A stretch of DNA of 32,295 bases, taken from assembly GCA_037834085.1 (NCBI GenBank), contig JBBMKC010236030.1, forward strand, positions 1-32,295. Direction: 5' to 3'. A program made the translations under genes and the position numbers. Position 1 is the stretch's first letter, and the number at the start of each line of letters is the position of its first letter. The DNA comes from Bipalium vagum. Taxonomy: Eukaryota. This document shows positions 11,066 through 23,375 of the stretch, one piece after another. The notes under the pieces are model-generated. The model worked only from the letters and a program-made list of their open reading frames with translations, had not been told where the DNA came from and made no database searches.

Positions 11066-14000
11066 CTAAAATTTGATTTCTGCAATCAATAATAATATTT
11101 AAACAAAAACCATACATTACTCTGTTTTTCTGTTATTTATTTTTTTACGAGATATCTTATTTATTTCAAAATGCAGTAAAAAACAATATTTCATATGCAC
11201 CAATCTAATATAAATGTTTCATATTTAAAGTCACCAACAAAGAATTTCTGAGAAGGATAATTATATTTTATCGATTTATTTTTCAAATTACTGCGTCCTG
11301 AATTAATCATTATTAATTTATTGATTAACACACAAAAGAAAATAACTTTTTCAACTAGAAAATTATTATTTTGTTTATTTTTCACGGAAATAATTTACTT
11401 AACTTTATAACTTTGTTTTATAACTTTGTTGTTTTTTTGGAAAACTCTGTGTACCTAAGATCTTTGCCGATTTTTTTATTTATATTTTATTGATAACAAA
11501 TGATAATAAATTATATTTCCAGCCGAGAAAAAGTCGAAAACGATTATTTATTCGTGTGAAAACAATGCCGAAAAAGAATTGTTGATAAATCACGAGAGTT
11601 CTATGTAAATAAATGTATTCTTTCCAATAAATTAAATTTAAATGTAAATAAATGTGATTGACAAATCTTGCCAAATCGTTATTCACTTTGTTGATTTGTA
11701 TCTGCAGCGATTTCAAAAAATAAATCATTGAAGATTATGATCTTTTTGCGCATAATTGGATTTCCATAATTACCTTTCAAGTCAAATCGGTGAGCTCAGT
11801 AAAACAAACATTTTTTTTATTTAAAAACCATTTATATTTTTAATTTACCAAAAATTCCATATTAAGCTGCTGAATACATTTTCCTCGTATGATTATAATG
11901 CACTGAAATTCCGGAATCTGGGATAACTAAGTTAATTTGAAAACCCAAATAAACAGAAATTAAACTGTCACTTTACCGACAATTTTATTTAATTTAAATA
12001 AACAAATTGACAATTTTCGTTTATTTATATTATCACAGTGATCTCAATGTGATCGTTCGTTTGATAAAAAAAACAAAGCACTTAACGTGAACTCCGAAAA
12101 CTTTTAATGGGATAGTAAGGATCATCTGGTAACATGAACAGTTGAATCAGGGTCGTATAAGGGATGATTTTGCTTATGTTTTTTACGGATCTCGAAAAAC
12201 CGTACAAATGCCGATAGTAGTCTTCAAGCACTTATCACAATGACACTTATCTGTAAAATTCAAAACTTCAGAGAACAACGATTTTAATAATATTAAAAAA
12301 TAGTTTAATTGGTTTTGATAAAATTAAAATTGTGACGATTATAGTAAAATATTGGTTTAAAAATTGGTAACATATTTAAATTCATTAAAATTAGATTAAA
12401 AATAGTTTTAGCAAAAGAAAAATAAATATTGATTGAACTTCGATATCGCTTTGTCAAGGTTAATTTAATATTTATGAATTTAATATTTCTTGTGTTATAC
12501 GATTTTTTTAGAATCCAGACTTACAGAATGATTCTTTTAATTAGCGGCCACTTTCGTTAAATTTAAATAAAATGCAATATAGTTTAAAAATTAAAGTTAA
12601 AAATTAATATTTCTTGAGATTAAATTAATCATTTAAAACAAAAGCAACATGTTGCAACTATTTCGAATGAGATCTTAAACATTTTATAGATACGCATAGT
12701 TACGTATAAGTTAATAAGTATAATAAATAAAAATTACTAAATTTAGAATGTTAATTAAAATAAATATCGGAATTTCCTAAAAATAACTTTGAAAAACCTA
12801 ATATTAGTTAGAAAATAAAATTATTTCACACATAAAAATGTTTTTTATGTAAAATATTACAGAAAAATTACAGAGTTGAAACTTTCATGGTGTAATTTTC
12901 ATGGTCTTGACGGATTCTTTTTAATTTTTGAAAAGTTTATTTATCAATTTAATAAACAAAAATATGTATCGAAAATTCGATGCTCTTTTTCCATCTTTTA
13001 CTGAGTTTAAAATTCGTCTTTCATAGAAGGACTTGGCTTTTTGTCGAAAATGTATTGCTTAATTTGGGTTTAAGCATAATTGCCGAGAGTTTTATAAAAC
13101 AGACATTAATCAACTGGATATTTATATTAAGATTTTTTGAGTTGGAAAATAACATTGTTATAAAAGATTGAATCTGGTAATGTACCTTCTGAGATCGTTC
13201 CAGAAATACAAGTTCCCGAACAGTAAATCTATTAATAATAAAATATAAATAAGACATATTTGATAAAAAAATTATCAGTAGTAGCAATAGAAGTGAAGAT
13301 GGCTGAGGAACGTATCTTGAAAACGGAGTTGTTACAGCTCCAGTAAAGAAATGTTATATCTCTGAGCAAGCAAACCGTACTAAAAGATATTTATCAGATC
13401 GCCTTTGAAGTAATGTTACTTTTTGATAACCCAAATCGAATAATACCGTTTTAAATTATTAAAACTTGTTGTTATTTAGAAGTTTTATGGAGCATGTTTA
13501 TGCATAAATATGTAGGAACCAATACCCATTAAACACATTATATATTCAGTCTTATACTCCGTGAATTTCGTCCTATGAAAACAACATAAAAAGTGAAATC
13601 AATTGAATGAATCTGTCCCAAAACATAAAGCCTATAACGAAATTAATTTAACCCATTAAAGATAACGTATAAGTTAGATGTAGTGTAAATGTCTTTAATG
13701 TCTAAGCAGATTAAAAACGGAGATTCTCCTCTTATTCATATTATTTTGTCAGGCCTTGGTTAGGGAAAGAGAGAGAAAATGGATAAATTATAAATAGAAA
13801 CTCCAAAGGTTTTTTCATTGTTTAATGAATAAATCGAATAAAAAAATTACCAAAAATTTTTGAAAAGAATCTTCGGTGAAATTAAAACGTTTTCCGTAGA
13901 GTTTTTAGTTTGAAACCGATAAAAATTGGAAATTATTTATTTATTGCTCTATCCAAGAAATAATACACATTTTTCGGATTCCTGTCGAAAAAAGATTAAT

Positions 14001-15194
14001 TTCTGAAAATTCCATGTGAATTTTAACTGTAACATCATCGGGTAAATTTTGCTATTTTTAATATATCACCCTGGATTTGGGAGAAAGAAAGGGATGATAT
14101 TGAAAGATCTTTTGTTAAATGTTTTAGATATCATATGCTGAAAGAAATAAAACAAAGTGGGACTTTGACTTGTTGTCTACTGGATATGAATCTGCTGGAA
14201 AAGTATAATAACATTTTTTCTGTAAATAATGAAGAGAACATGAAAATGTTTTGATTTTATACTTTGAATTGAAAACATTGAAATTCGATTAAAACATCCT
14301 GCACAAATAATTACCATTGTGATATGGAAAGACATCTTCAGAAACAGTGTTGAAAGATGGAACATAGAAAATTGTTGAGAAGAAAAACGGGGGTTAGAGA
14401 AGGTCGTCAGAAAAGAACATTTTTTCTATTAACCAAAGTTGGGCCTTTTGAAATAATAAATTTCTTCTGGGTTTTAAAGCAAAAGAAAGAATCAGCTCTT
14501 TGTATTTAGGACCATTATTATTATTATTATTAAAATTTTAAAATTTTTACAATACATGTTATAATCCACCATTTAATAAACAGTACAAAATGTTAAGCAA
14601 GAAAGAATGAGATTAAAAAATTGTGAAAATATTTAGCTCTATTGCTTGTCTAATCTTATATCAGATATTCGAATCAATATGTCCTCGTTCTACCTAATAA
14701 TAAAAAAATAATACCAAAGAATTTATTGATGAAAAATAGACTGAATGCGGAATTAAACAAAGTCTTGTGCTCAAAATTACTGGTGTTCCCTGTTGAATTG
14801 GAATCTGTTGAATATTTGGTACAAAATGTGTTCCTCAGAAGCTTATATCCAATTCACTAAAATCTTATTTATCCTTTTCAAAACTTATATAACTTCTTTG
14901 ATTATACCAAATAAAAATTGATCACTTTTTGACACATTTTACTTTTCAAGACTCCTCAATATCTTTCTGATAAGTCTGAAATTATCAAACATCTTCGTCT
15001 CCAAAATTACTTATCCAAAATCTTCTGATAACTAACTTCTCGTTGAAAACTTTTCGTTACAACCGCCGACTCAAACTTCTTAGTACTTCTAATAACTTTA
15101 CTCTGGCTCAGACAGCTTTGGTAGGAGCTCCTCCTGCGATTTGCAATTTCTTTCTTCACCACTACATCACAAATTTTTAATATTTATATAAAAG

Positions 15195-15385
15195 ATGTTC
15201 TTCCTCTTTTCCTCTTCTTCATCAATAAATGCAAAAAATCTGGGTACTTGGATGAACTCAAATCTAATGCATTCAACTAAACTAGACAATCAATCTTCTT
15301 TCATCTTTCTTCGTTCATTTGCCTTCCATCCCCACGTTTCAGTAACTAATGGGTCGACGGAACCTTTAATTGTCAGCCCAGCTCA
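15195..15385 (-). pseudogene. Possible decayed BTB-BACK-domain gene fragment
   Basis: Minus frame AGLTIKGSVDPLVTETWGWKANERRKMKED*LSSLVECIRFEFIQVPRFFAFIDEE resembles the BACK C-terminal pattern W...RK..L..LL.CIRF. One in-frame stop. Similarity judged by eye only. Confidence 0.25.
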
Positions 15386-16006
15386 AACGCATTAGACTGA
15401 GATGAAAAATTAATTTCCTTTCTCCTGTCTCTTCAGTCACACTTTACAAACAAACCCCTAAGCGGGAAACAAATTAAAAATAGGTTAAATTTTCCATAAA
15501 ATGTGATAATTAAAATAAAACCTATCTGAAATGCATAATAAAAAAATAAAAAATAAAATCGATTTCAATACAACAGACCCAGCTATTGAGGAATACAACT
15601 GAAACCACCAATGCTAACCACAAACACTACCATCAAAACGCGCCAGGTGATGTTTGAGTGTAGATTTCATTCCTGATTTCTGCTTAAAGGGAATTTATGA
15701 TTAATTGTCTTGATAGCAGAAGAACAATGAAAAATATTTTAATAAATAAAACATTTTATTACTTTTTTGATTTAGTTTATTAACAGTTTAAAAACGCTGT
15801 TTCATGGTGGACAACCTGATAATATAAATATTACAATATTGTATTTTAAGATTAAAAATTCCCTTGATCTAACTAGCCTCTTCATAATCTCTTTTCTGAG
15901 AAAAAGTATGGAATTAGAAAAAAATGTATAGAATAAGCTAAAAGTTTCAAGTAGCTGTTGAAACTTGAATTGTACAATGGCTTTTGAATAACATGTTATA
16001 GCATGT

Positions 16007-17304
16007 TATTTGGCTTTTCAAAATATAGATGGTGTTGGAGGTCGACATTTCCAAAACGAAAACTAAGTATGATATGGACATTATCTTTTCATTACAAACA
16101 CACATTTCCTTTTGGCTTGTGCAACACTTTTAACTTAATAGTAATAAAATAATAATGTCGTTTTATTTTTTCTAATTTAACACCAAAAAATAGTTTCACT
16201 AAGAATAATTACTAATAAATAATTCTTTTTCTTTAAGTAATTATTTTGATTTTAAACATTTATAATGTTATTTTATTAATTTGATATTTGTGTTTAAACA
16301 TTGATTAACATTATATCGATTTGATCTTTCCTGGACGATCTGATATTGATTTGACTTTGTTACCGATTTTCTTGATAAAATAAAGTGTATTGCAGTTATT
16401 TCGATTCACGAACCCAGAATAACTTAGGGAGCAGTCAGTTTTTACGATCACAACTTTATTTTCGAGTAAGTAGAATAATTACAGCATTAAAACTACCTTT
16501 ATTGGTTTAAATTACGTCTAAAGATTGTAATGAAAAAGCGTACGAACTTTCCTAAAAAAGCATAAAATTTAGTTAATTCAACTTTTTCGTCACAAATTAC
16601 AAATAAATAATATGTTCAAATAATTGAATCAAAACAATTATCTTATCAGTACAAGAGTTCAAAATTCAAACGAAGGTACAACAATAAAAAAATCAATTCC
16701 AAGTAGCAAGTGTCACCAACAATGAAAACAAGTAATCAATGATTAAGAAAAGACAAATCAAGTATAATAATAATTAACAGTAAATTATCAGAAATGTTAA
16801 GAATTGTCAAACGCTATTAAATAGTTAATAAAAAAATCAAATAAACGCTCACCTTTTTGCTGACGATGAGTCCTCTGGTCGTTAGATAAGCCCGAACCGC
16901 ACAGAACCCATCGCTAACTCCTGTTGCATAATAAACATGAAAATATAAATAATCAATACCTATGATGTAGTGTCTTCCGATGCAAAGAGATTTCTATTTT
17001 CCGACTCAACGTAATCATAAACCGTGATTTTTAATAACGCAACTGAATTTCTAAGCAGTCTATTGAGGATTCCAACTCCTTTTATATTGATCAGTCAGCT
17101 ACTCAGTCGTAAATCAATTTTCTTATTTGGGAATATCAATTCCCTTTTAGGTGTATATTGCTAAATTGGTCCCTAACACTGACTGTAATCAGATCGTAGC
17201 AATTCGACATTCAACACTGTCAAGATTAGACGATCAGAATTAACAAAAAATTACTTTTTGAAATGTCGACCTCCAACACCATCTATATTTTGAAAAGCCA
17301 AGTA
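16007..17304 (-). mobile_element. Non-autonomous TIR DNA transposon (1.3 kb), probably IS3EU-like
   Basis: Perfect 42-bp inverted repeat: 16010-16051 TTGGCTTTTCAAAATATAGATGGTGTTGGAGGTCGACATTTC and its reverse complement at 17260-17301. Termini are TAT...GTA. Internal minus-strand fragments resemble an IS3-like transposase N-terminus. No DDE core seen. The TIR pair is certain; the family assignment is inference. Confidence 0.8.
16775..17085 (-). pseudogene. Intron-containing transposase N-terminal remnant within the TIR element
   Basis: KGVG/SIDCLEIQLRY*KSRFMITLSRKIEISLHRKTLHHR, then a 39-nt gt..ag intron (16959-16921), then a 68-nt exon 16920-16853 (G)VSDGFCAVRAYLTTRGLIVSKK, then a 39-nt gtgagc..atag intron (16852-16814), then RLTILNISD. 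Confidence 0.55.
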
Positions 17305-17535
17305 ATTATTTTATTATTATCATTATTATTACTTAATTATCAATTATAATTTTATTATTATAAAATTATTATCTTTAGAATTATTATTATAACTATTCAG
17401 ATCCTTTAGTGATCATTATAACATAAACTAATAATAATAATAATAATATGATATTATTATTAAACAATAATAATAAAGAATAAAGTATAATAATAATAAA
17501 TAATTATATTTATAATTACAATTATAATTATAATG
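17305..17535. repeat. ATT/AAT low-complexity tract
   Basis: ATT-rich first half and AAT-rich second half, abutting the right TIR. Confidence 0.7.
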
Positions 17536-18479
17536 TTTTACAAGAAACCAGAATTTTTTTAGAAAAATATCAATGAATATTCCACTATCAATAAAAAGTA
17601 ACACGTGTTAATTATTTTTCATTTTATTATGTAGAAATAATTTATTTACACATTTATTACAAGCATTTTTTATATTACGCACCCTGAAAAATGGCTTCAT
17701 ATAACATTATACATGGTACCTATTTCTTTAAAGATGTAAAGTAAAACCTATCAGGCTTTAAGAGAAATTCTAAGTACTGATCATTGGGTCAAAAAATTCA
17801 GTTTAAAAATTTAATAAAAAATGTGTTCATTTAAATAATTGCTCAGATTGTTTTAATCTTTAAAGTAGTACAGGTTCTCCAGGTGGGGAAAATGCAAGTG
17901 AATTTTACTCATTCTGTTGTCATGTTCGGTGACATTAATATTTTAGAAAAACGTAAGAAACTTTATTCTTTCCTGTAATAATATTCTCATTTTAATGATT
18001 TTGTAAAAGTTTTCCAATAATGGTCCTTTGGTGTACATTATTGCTTTGAGGAACATGTCGTAAATGGTTATCCTTATGAGAAGGAAAAAAGCGCATAATT
18101 ATTTCTGTTGAAGATTGAATAAAAATAATACGTTAATACGTAATAGTACACGACTCAAACTTAGACCTTCAAAAGTATTTCATTCTTAGATATTTTGAAG
18201 GAACTATTTTTTAACCTCAAGGCTACGGATTGAGAGATGCGTTTGTTATAATAGATAATGTTCCATTCTTATAAGAATACTATTACTATTACTAATAATA
18301 TAATTTATGATGTATAACGTTTTAAACATCTCTTGCATAAATATTTTAATATTCTCAAAACGTCTCAAGATCTATAAATATTAAAACAAAAAAATATATT
18401 CAAAGAAAATTACAAGAAAAGTATAGGAATACGATTGTGCAAAACTTTTCATTCTGAAAAAAGAAAAATGTGAATTATA

Positions 18480-19354
18480 TTTTTAAAATGGCTCAACTGT
18501 TTTTCGGCTTATTTAATATATTATTCGGGAAAATGTTAAGACTTTTTTAAGAGTTCCAGAAGTCAAACAGTTGAGAAAATATGTCATCCCTAAGCCAAAA
18601 TCCTCGAATTTCAATTCTTAACAATCTGAAATCCTTAGACATCTGTGACCCTTCGGAAGAATTTCTAAAGATTATACGCACCATTCTTCTTCACAGTGAA
18701 ATCCTCCAGCCTCTAAATTAATCTCTTTAATTTAATTTATATTATATAAAGTGTGATTTAATATTTTCTACTTTAACATTTGTTTTAAAATAACCGTTGT
18801 ATGAACACAAAATGTAAAAATATTATCAATATTATTTCGTAAAAAAATTTTGAAATCTTATGACTTTGTTTCAACTAATTTATGAAGAATTAATAAAAAA
18901 TTTCCTATTGACTAAATTATTTATTTCTTCCTCTCTCTAAATAAAGTTATAGTTTTATTCTGGCAGCGAACTCTTAGAATGATCTCTATTTTTCTCTGAT
19001 ATTGATTTTATTATTAATTTATTGAAGGAGAACAAATTTTAAGAGCATTAAAGACAAACTGTTAAATAATTGAAAGTTATGCCAGAAAATAATATTATAT
19101 ATAATAATATAATAAATAAAATCAATTTTTAAATAAAATGAATTATAATAAATCCTATAAATTTTTTGATTTAAATATTAAAACTGAATTAGGACATTCA
19201 ATAAATGATATAAAATGAAAATATTAATTGGTAATTATTCAGAATTTTAGATTCATTGTTATTTTACTGTAACTGTAAAAACAGTTTAAAATTGTGACGC
19301 ATATATTAATATTATTCAAACAAAAACACGGAGTGACTTATCGAACACCCTGTA
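18480..19354 (+). mobile_element. Possible highly decayed Tc1/mariner (rosa/maT-like) remnant
   Basis: SLSQNPRISI-like HTH fragment near 18590 and a TIR-like end ...TTATCGAACACCCTG|TA at 19338-19354 (reverse complement TACAGGGTG). The two pieces may not belong to one element. Confidence 0.3.
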
Positions 19355-20000
19355 TATACACTTATGTTTTTTATTATTTTTATTATTTTTATTAGATAGA
19401 GTATTAAGGGAAGGGAAGAATAATGCAGCCATAAAAATATTTCACAGATAATTTTATTATCAGAAAATGCAATTTAATTTAGAATACATCGTTGATATGT
19501 TCTATGATAAGGAGAGAAAGGATGTTAGACTTTGATCAGATTTCAGGAAACTAAAGTCGGTTACAGAAAAATAAATTTAGACGAAATGTAAAATAATCTT
19601 AATTAACAAAATATATTTCAGTTCCACAGACATGGGAAATGCATATTGCTAAGTAACAAATTCTTTTCATTTAATAATTTACAGACATTTTAGACAGAAA
19701 AAATAACTAATAAATATAATTATATATAGTGAATATTTATTTATATAATATAATAATATTTATAATTATTTATATCTATAAAAAATATTAATTAATAAAT
19801 TAATAAATTTTAATAATAATAAATAAATTTTAGTAAAATTTAAATACATTTTTGAATCACTCATAGAGTTAATATTATTGTTGGGTCAGTCAAGGACACA
19901 TCCCTTTAACCCTTTGAATTATCCTTTGAAGGACCGCTAAAGGGTCTATTATAATTATAATAATAAATTAGTTTTAAAGATCACAAAAGGATCAGAAATG

Positions 20001-20001
<1 letters not shown>

Positions 20002-20032
<31 letters not shown>

Positions 20033-20070
20033 TAATAATAATAATAATAATATCAATATAATAATAATTA
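20002..20070. repeat. (AAT)n microsatellite
   Basis: Long AAT run with minor interruptions. Confidence 0.92.
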
Positions 20071-21234
20071 TCATCTCTATTATTTATGACTCCTGTAGAT
20101 TGAAAATAGAACATAAATATTTATCGTTCAAATGAAATTTTCTGACATGTGGAAAAATCACTACAGTATTGCATTTCATTTCGTTCTATTTTTTTTAAAC
20201 GTTTTGCATTTTTTATAATTTCTCTTAAATATTTGACTATTTTTAAATTAAATTTTTTCTAATTTAAAATACATTCAAATTTTTCTTCTAACAAGAATAA
20301 ATATCAAAATATTATTATATAACTGGAACAATAAAATGACTGGTGGAAAACTACGAAAAATAGAAGACGATTGACCTTTTGCCATTTTTTAAAAGTGCAG
20401 TTTTATTATTTGTCTCATTGTTTTGTTTTATTCAAATAATTACCAAATATAAAAGTAGATTATGAACATTTGCTTTATTTTTTATCAAAATATTTGACGA
20501 ATAGTTATGAATTGTTAAAAATTTAACAATGAAATATTTTAGTTATTATAATCAACTAGAGCGACTTTTAAAGCATAAATTCGATTTATTACTGGCTTGA
20601 TAGTTGATTATTGTTAATCGATTCAGTGTTTAAGTCTTATATCGATTAATTTTTGATTTTATTTACTTTAAGCATTATTTTAATATTTCAAGTTTTATTT
20701 TTCTCCGATGTTACGCGCATATAGATCCTTCTAATAACGGAATCATTCTTTTTGTTAAGTTACCTATTGTCTCATACAAAAGATCTCTTATTAGCTTAAC
20801 ATTATATTTATTTTAATTTATACGATTGAAATTATAAAAACTAAAGTTAATTTAAGTCAGGATTAATAAATTACTTTTAATTTTTCAATATATTCTTGTC
20901 TGAGACTGCTTTGAAATATGTTGCTTTCGTGAAAATTTTAATTATCAAAATAATGATATTCGTGTCTGGGGAATTTTCCGTTTCCTTTTTATAAAAGTTC
21001 AGTTTGAACAACCTATTTTAAAAATTATAAATTGCGAAAAAAACAGAACCACATTCTTTAATAATTTATCAAACATCAATTTTAAAAAACCAATTATAAA
21101 TCAAATATTATATGAAAAATTGATTGATTTTAATTAAAAGATTTTAACATTGTTAAGGATGATATTATGTGCACAGAAGTCTTATTTCATCTTATTTGTT
21201 TATATTTATAACTAATATAAAAAGTTTTACTGAG

Positions 21235-21737
21235 ATTTTGGTGGGACTACCTGGGAGTGGTATACTATTAGTTCATGAAACCAATTGAGTCATCTGAAAG
21301 AGGTAACTGAAAAAATTAGACCATTTAATTGTTCTAGAACTAGGCCTGTAATTCTTCTGCATGATAATGCCCGACCACATACTTCAAAGACAACAGTGGA
21401 GCATCTAGCCTCTTTAGGCTGGGAAATTCTTCCACACGTTAGTATTACTCACCTGACATGGCGCAATCGGATTATTATTTATTTAGGTTTCTTCAACATC
21501 ATCTGGCTGATTCTCAATTCAAAAAGATTGAAGATGTTAAAAAATCGATCTAAAATTATATTAAAACAAAATCGCTATCTTTTTTCAGAACATGTATTCA
21601 CCATTTAAATACAATACATTACAATAATGGAGATAATTTCACAAAACAATTTGTTGTTATATATTTATTTATTTTATTAAACTTTTGACATATAATATTA
21701 TTAAAAATAGCCACCTTTTCAATTTGTAGACCTAATA
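21235..21737 (+). mobile_element. Mariner (DD34D) 3' half with 3' TIR
   Basis: WWDYLGVVYY*...RPVILLHDNARPHTSKTTVEHLASLGWEILPH, frameshift, YSPDMAQSDYYLFRFLQHHLADSQF. Ends ...CCTTTTCAATTTGTAGACCTAATA (reverse complement TATTAGGTCTAC). Confidence 0.93.
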
Positions 21738-22941
21738 CTTATAAAAATCTACGGACATTAAACTAAAAACTTTGACATAATTTTATTAATTTAGAAAAAG
21801 AAAGCTTATTTGGAAGTTAAGATACTTTTTATACTGAATTTTTAATTAATCTAGAAAAATTATGAAAAATAATTAACTATACATATCTCAAGAGATATGT
21901 AGATCCCAAGTGAAATTTCAAATAATTAATGAATATTTTTATAAAATAAAATTTTATCAAATTCTTTTTAATTTTCGTGTTATTTCATTTTTATTGTATT
22001 TTATATCATTAGATATAGAAAAAATTAAATTAAATTTTTGTAAATAGATAATAAAAATAAATTAAAATGGTATTTTTTTATTTAAAATATTTTAATTCGA
22101 TTGAAGAGGAGATTATATAAAGAAATACCCAACATGATTATCAGTCAATTATTAATTATTACTTGATATCTCCTGAGGAGATTTTAATTAAATTTTAGCA
22201 ATAGTACAATTGCCCCAGATCTCTTTATTAATTGAATTTTTTGGTTGATGTTTGATTTAAAGAAGAATATATTAATAAATTCTTTCAAAAGGAAAAATTT
22301 TCCGATTAATTAAAATTGAAATACGTTTAAGATAAACAAAATAATATTTGCGTTTTTAAAATTTTAATGAGGGATGAACATTTATTTAATTATTTTAAGT
22401 ACAATAAAAATATTTTTTCGCTGAGACGTTGAGTTCTTTATGGAAAAACTCAATGTAAAATGTATCGTATCATTATTTCAATTTAGTGAAACAAATCGAC
22501 TTGGGATTTCCTTTAAATTGGGATTTTCCTTAACGAAAATTTGGTAAACTGAAACTTTATGAATATTGTGAAGAATTTTCCCTTTATTTTTTATTATATT
22601 TGGTGTTTGAGTGTAATAAGAATCATAATATTAAGATTGGGAAAATTCCACTTTCATTGTGAATTTTATTGTCTGACTAGAAATATAGAGTTAAAAAATA
22701 ATAAAATAATAAAACAAAATAAATAATAAGATATTATCAAAAGATTAAAAGAATTAAATGTAATAATTTAATTTCAAATATGTGTCGTTGAAAGTAAGTC
22801 TTTTTTTAGATAATTATTAATAAAAATAATTTACTTGTTTAAACGAATTAATTGATTTTATTTAGTTTGAATATTGTTCAAAATTATTCAGTAAAAAAAT
22901 TTCTTTTATTAACAGTAATATTTATTTTTCACATACTTTTT

Positions 22942-23190
22942 ATGACGGCGGGATATGTAGCATTTGCGCGAGGTTATACTGTTTCATTTCAATATCAGGA
23001 AATCAGCTACCAAAACACACAGAATGCTTCTTGAGGCTTACTGCGAAAATGCTTCATCTTTAACAACTTGTAAAGTAGGTTTGTAAATTTCAGAAATTAG
23101 GGTTTTACATGGAAGATAAAGAACGTCTCGGACAAAAGAAAGGGTTTGAAGATAAAGATCTGAAAAAAAATAGTGTTTCAAGATCCATCA
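22942..23190 (+). mobile_element. Mariner transposase N-terminal (Mos1-type HTH) fragment
   Basis: HLREVILFHFNIRKSATKTHRMLLEAYCENASSLTTCK...MEDKERLGQKKGFEDKDL matches the Mos1-type pattern HLR..LL..F..KKSA.E.HRML.EAYGE...EDKER.G.PKKFED. Confidence 0.88.
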
Positions 23191-23346
23191 AATATATTGT
23201 AAATAAAATAAAGCTGTTAAAATTACGATTTTAAATAAATTTGAATACATTTTTCATGTTGAAAATTGAAATAAAATACATGTAATGATAAACAGAATGG
23301 GATAATATATAATTTGTGAATAATATCTCACAGAATTTCTCTACAG

Positions 23347-23375
23347 ATGTTTGGCCTTGTAAATCAACTGGAAAC
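23347..23375 (+). CDS. egfr: 29-nt micro-exon of the EGFR-like tail (predicted)
   Basis: Strong sites ttctctacag|ATG...AAAC|gtatgt, phase 1 to 0. Reads (D)VWPCKSTGN and bridges exon 7544-7766 to exon 30978 in frame (KSTGN|LRRL). Confidence 0.55.

Noticed and set aside
13165-13345. Exon-like segments KIESGNVPSEIVPEIQVPEQ and EVKMAEERILKTELLQLQ
   Set aside because: Poor acceptors, adjacent stops and no homology recognised.
8347-14790. Shared short word ttactggtgttccct near 8350 and 14776
   Set aside because: Flanks do not extend the match; compatible with chance or unrelated decayed repeats.
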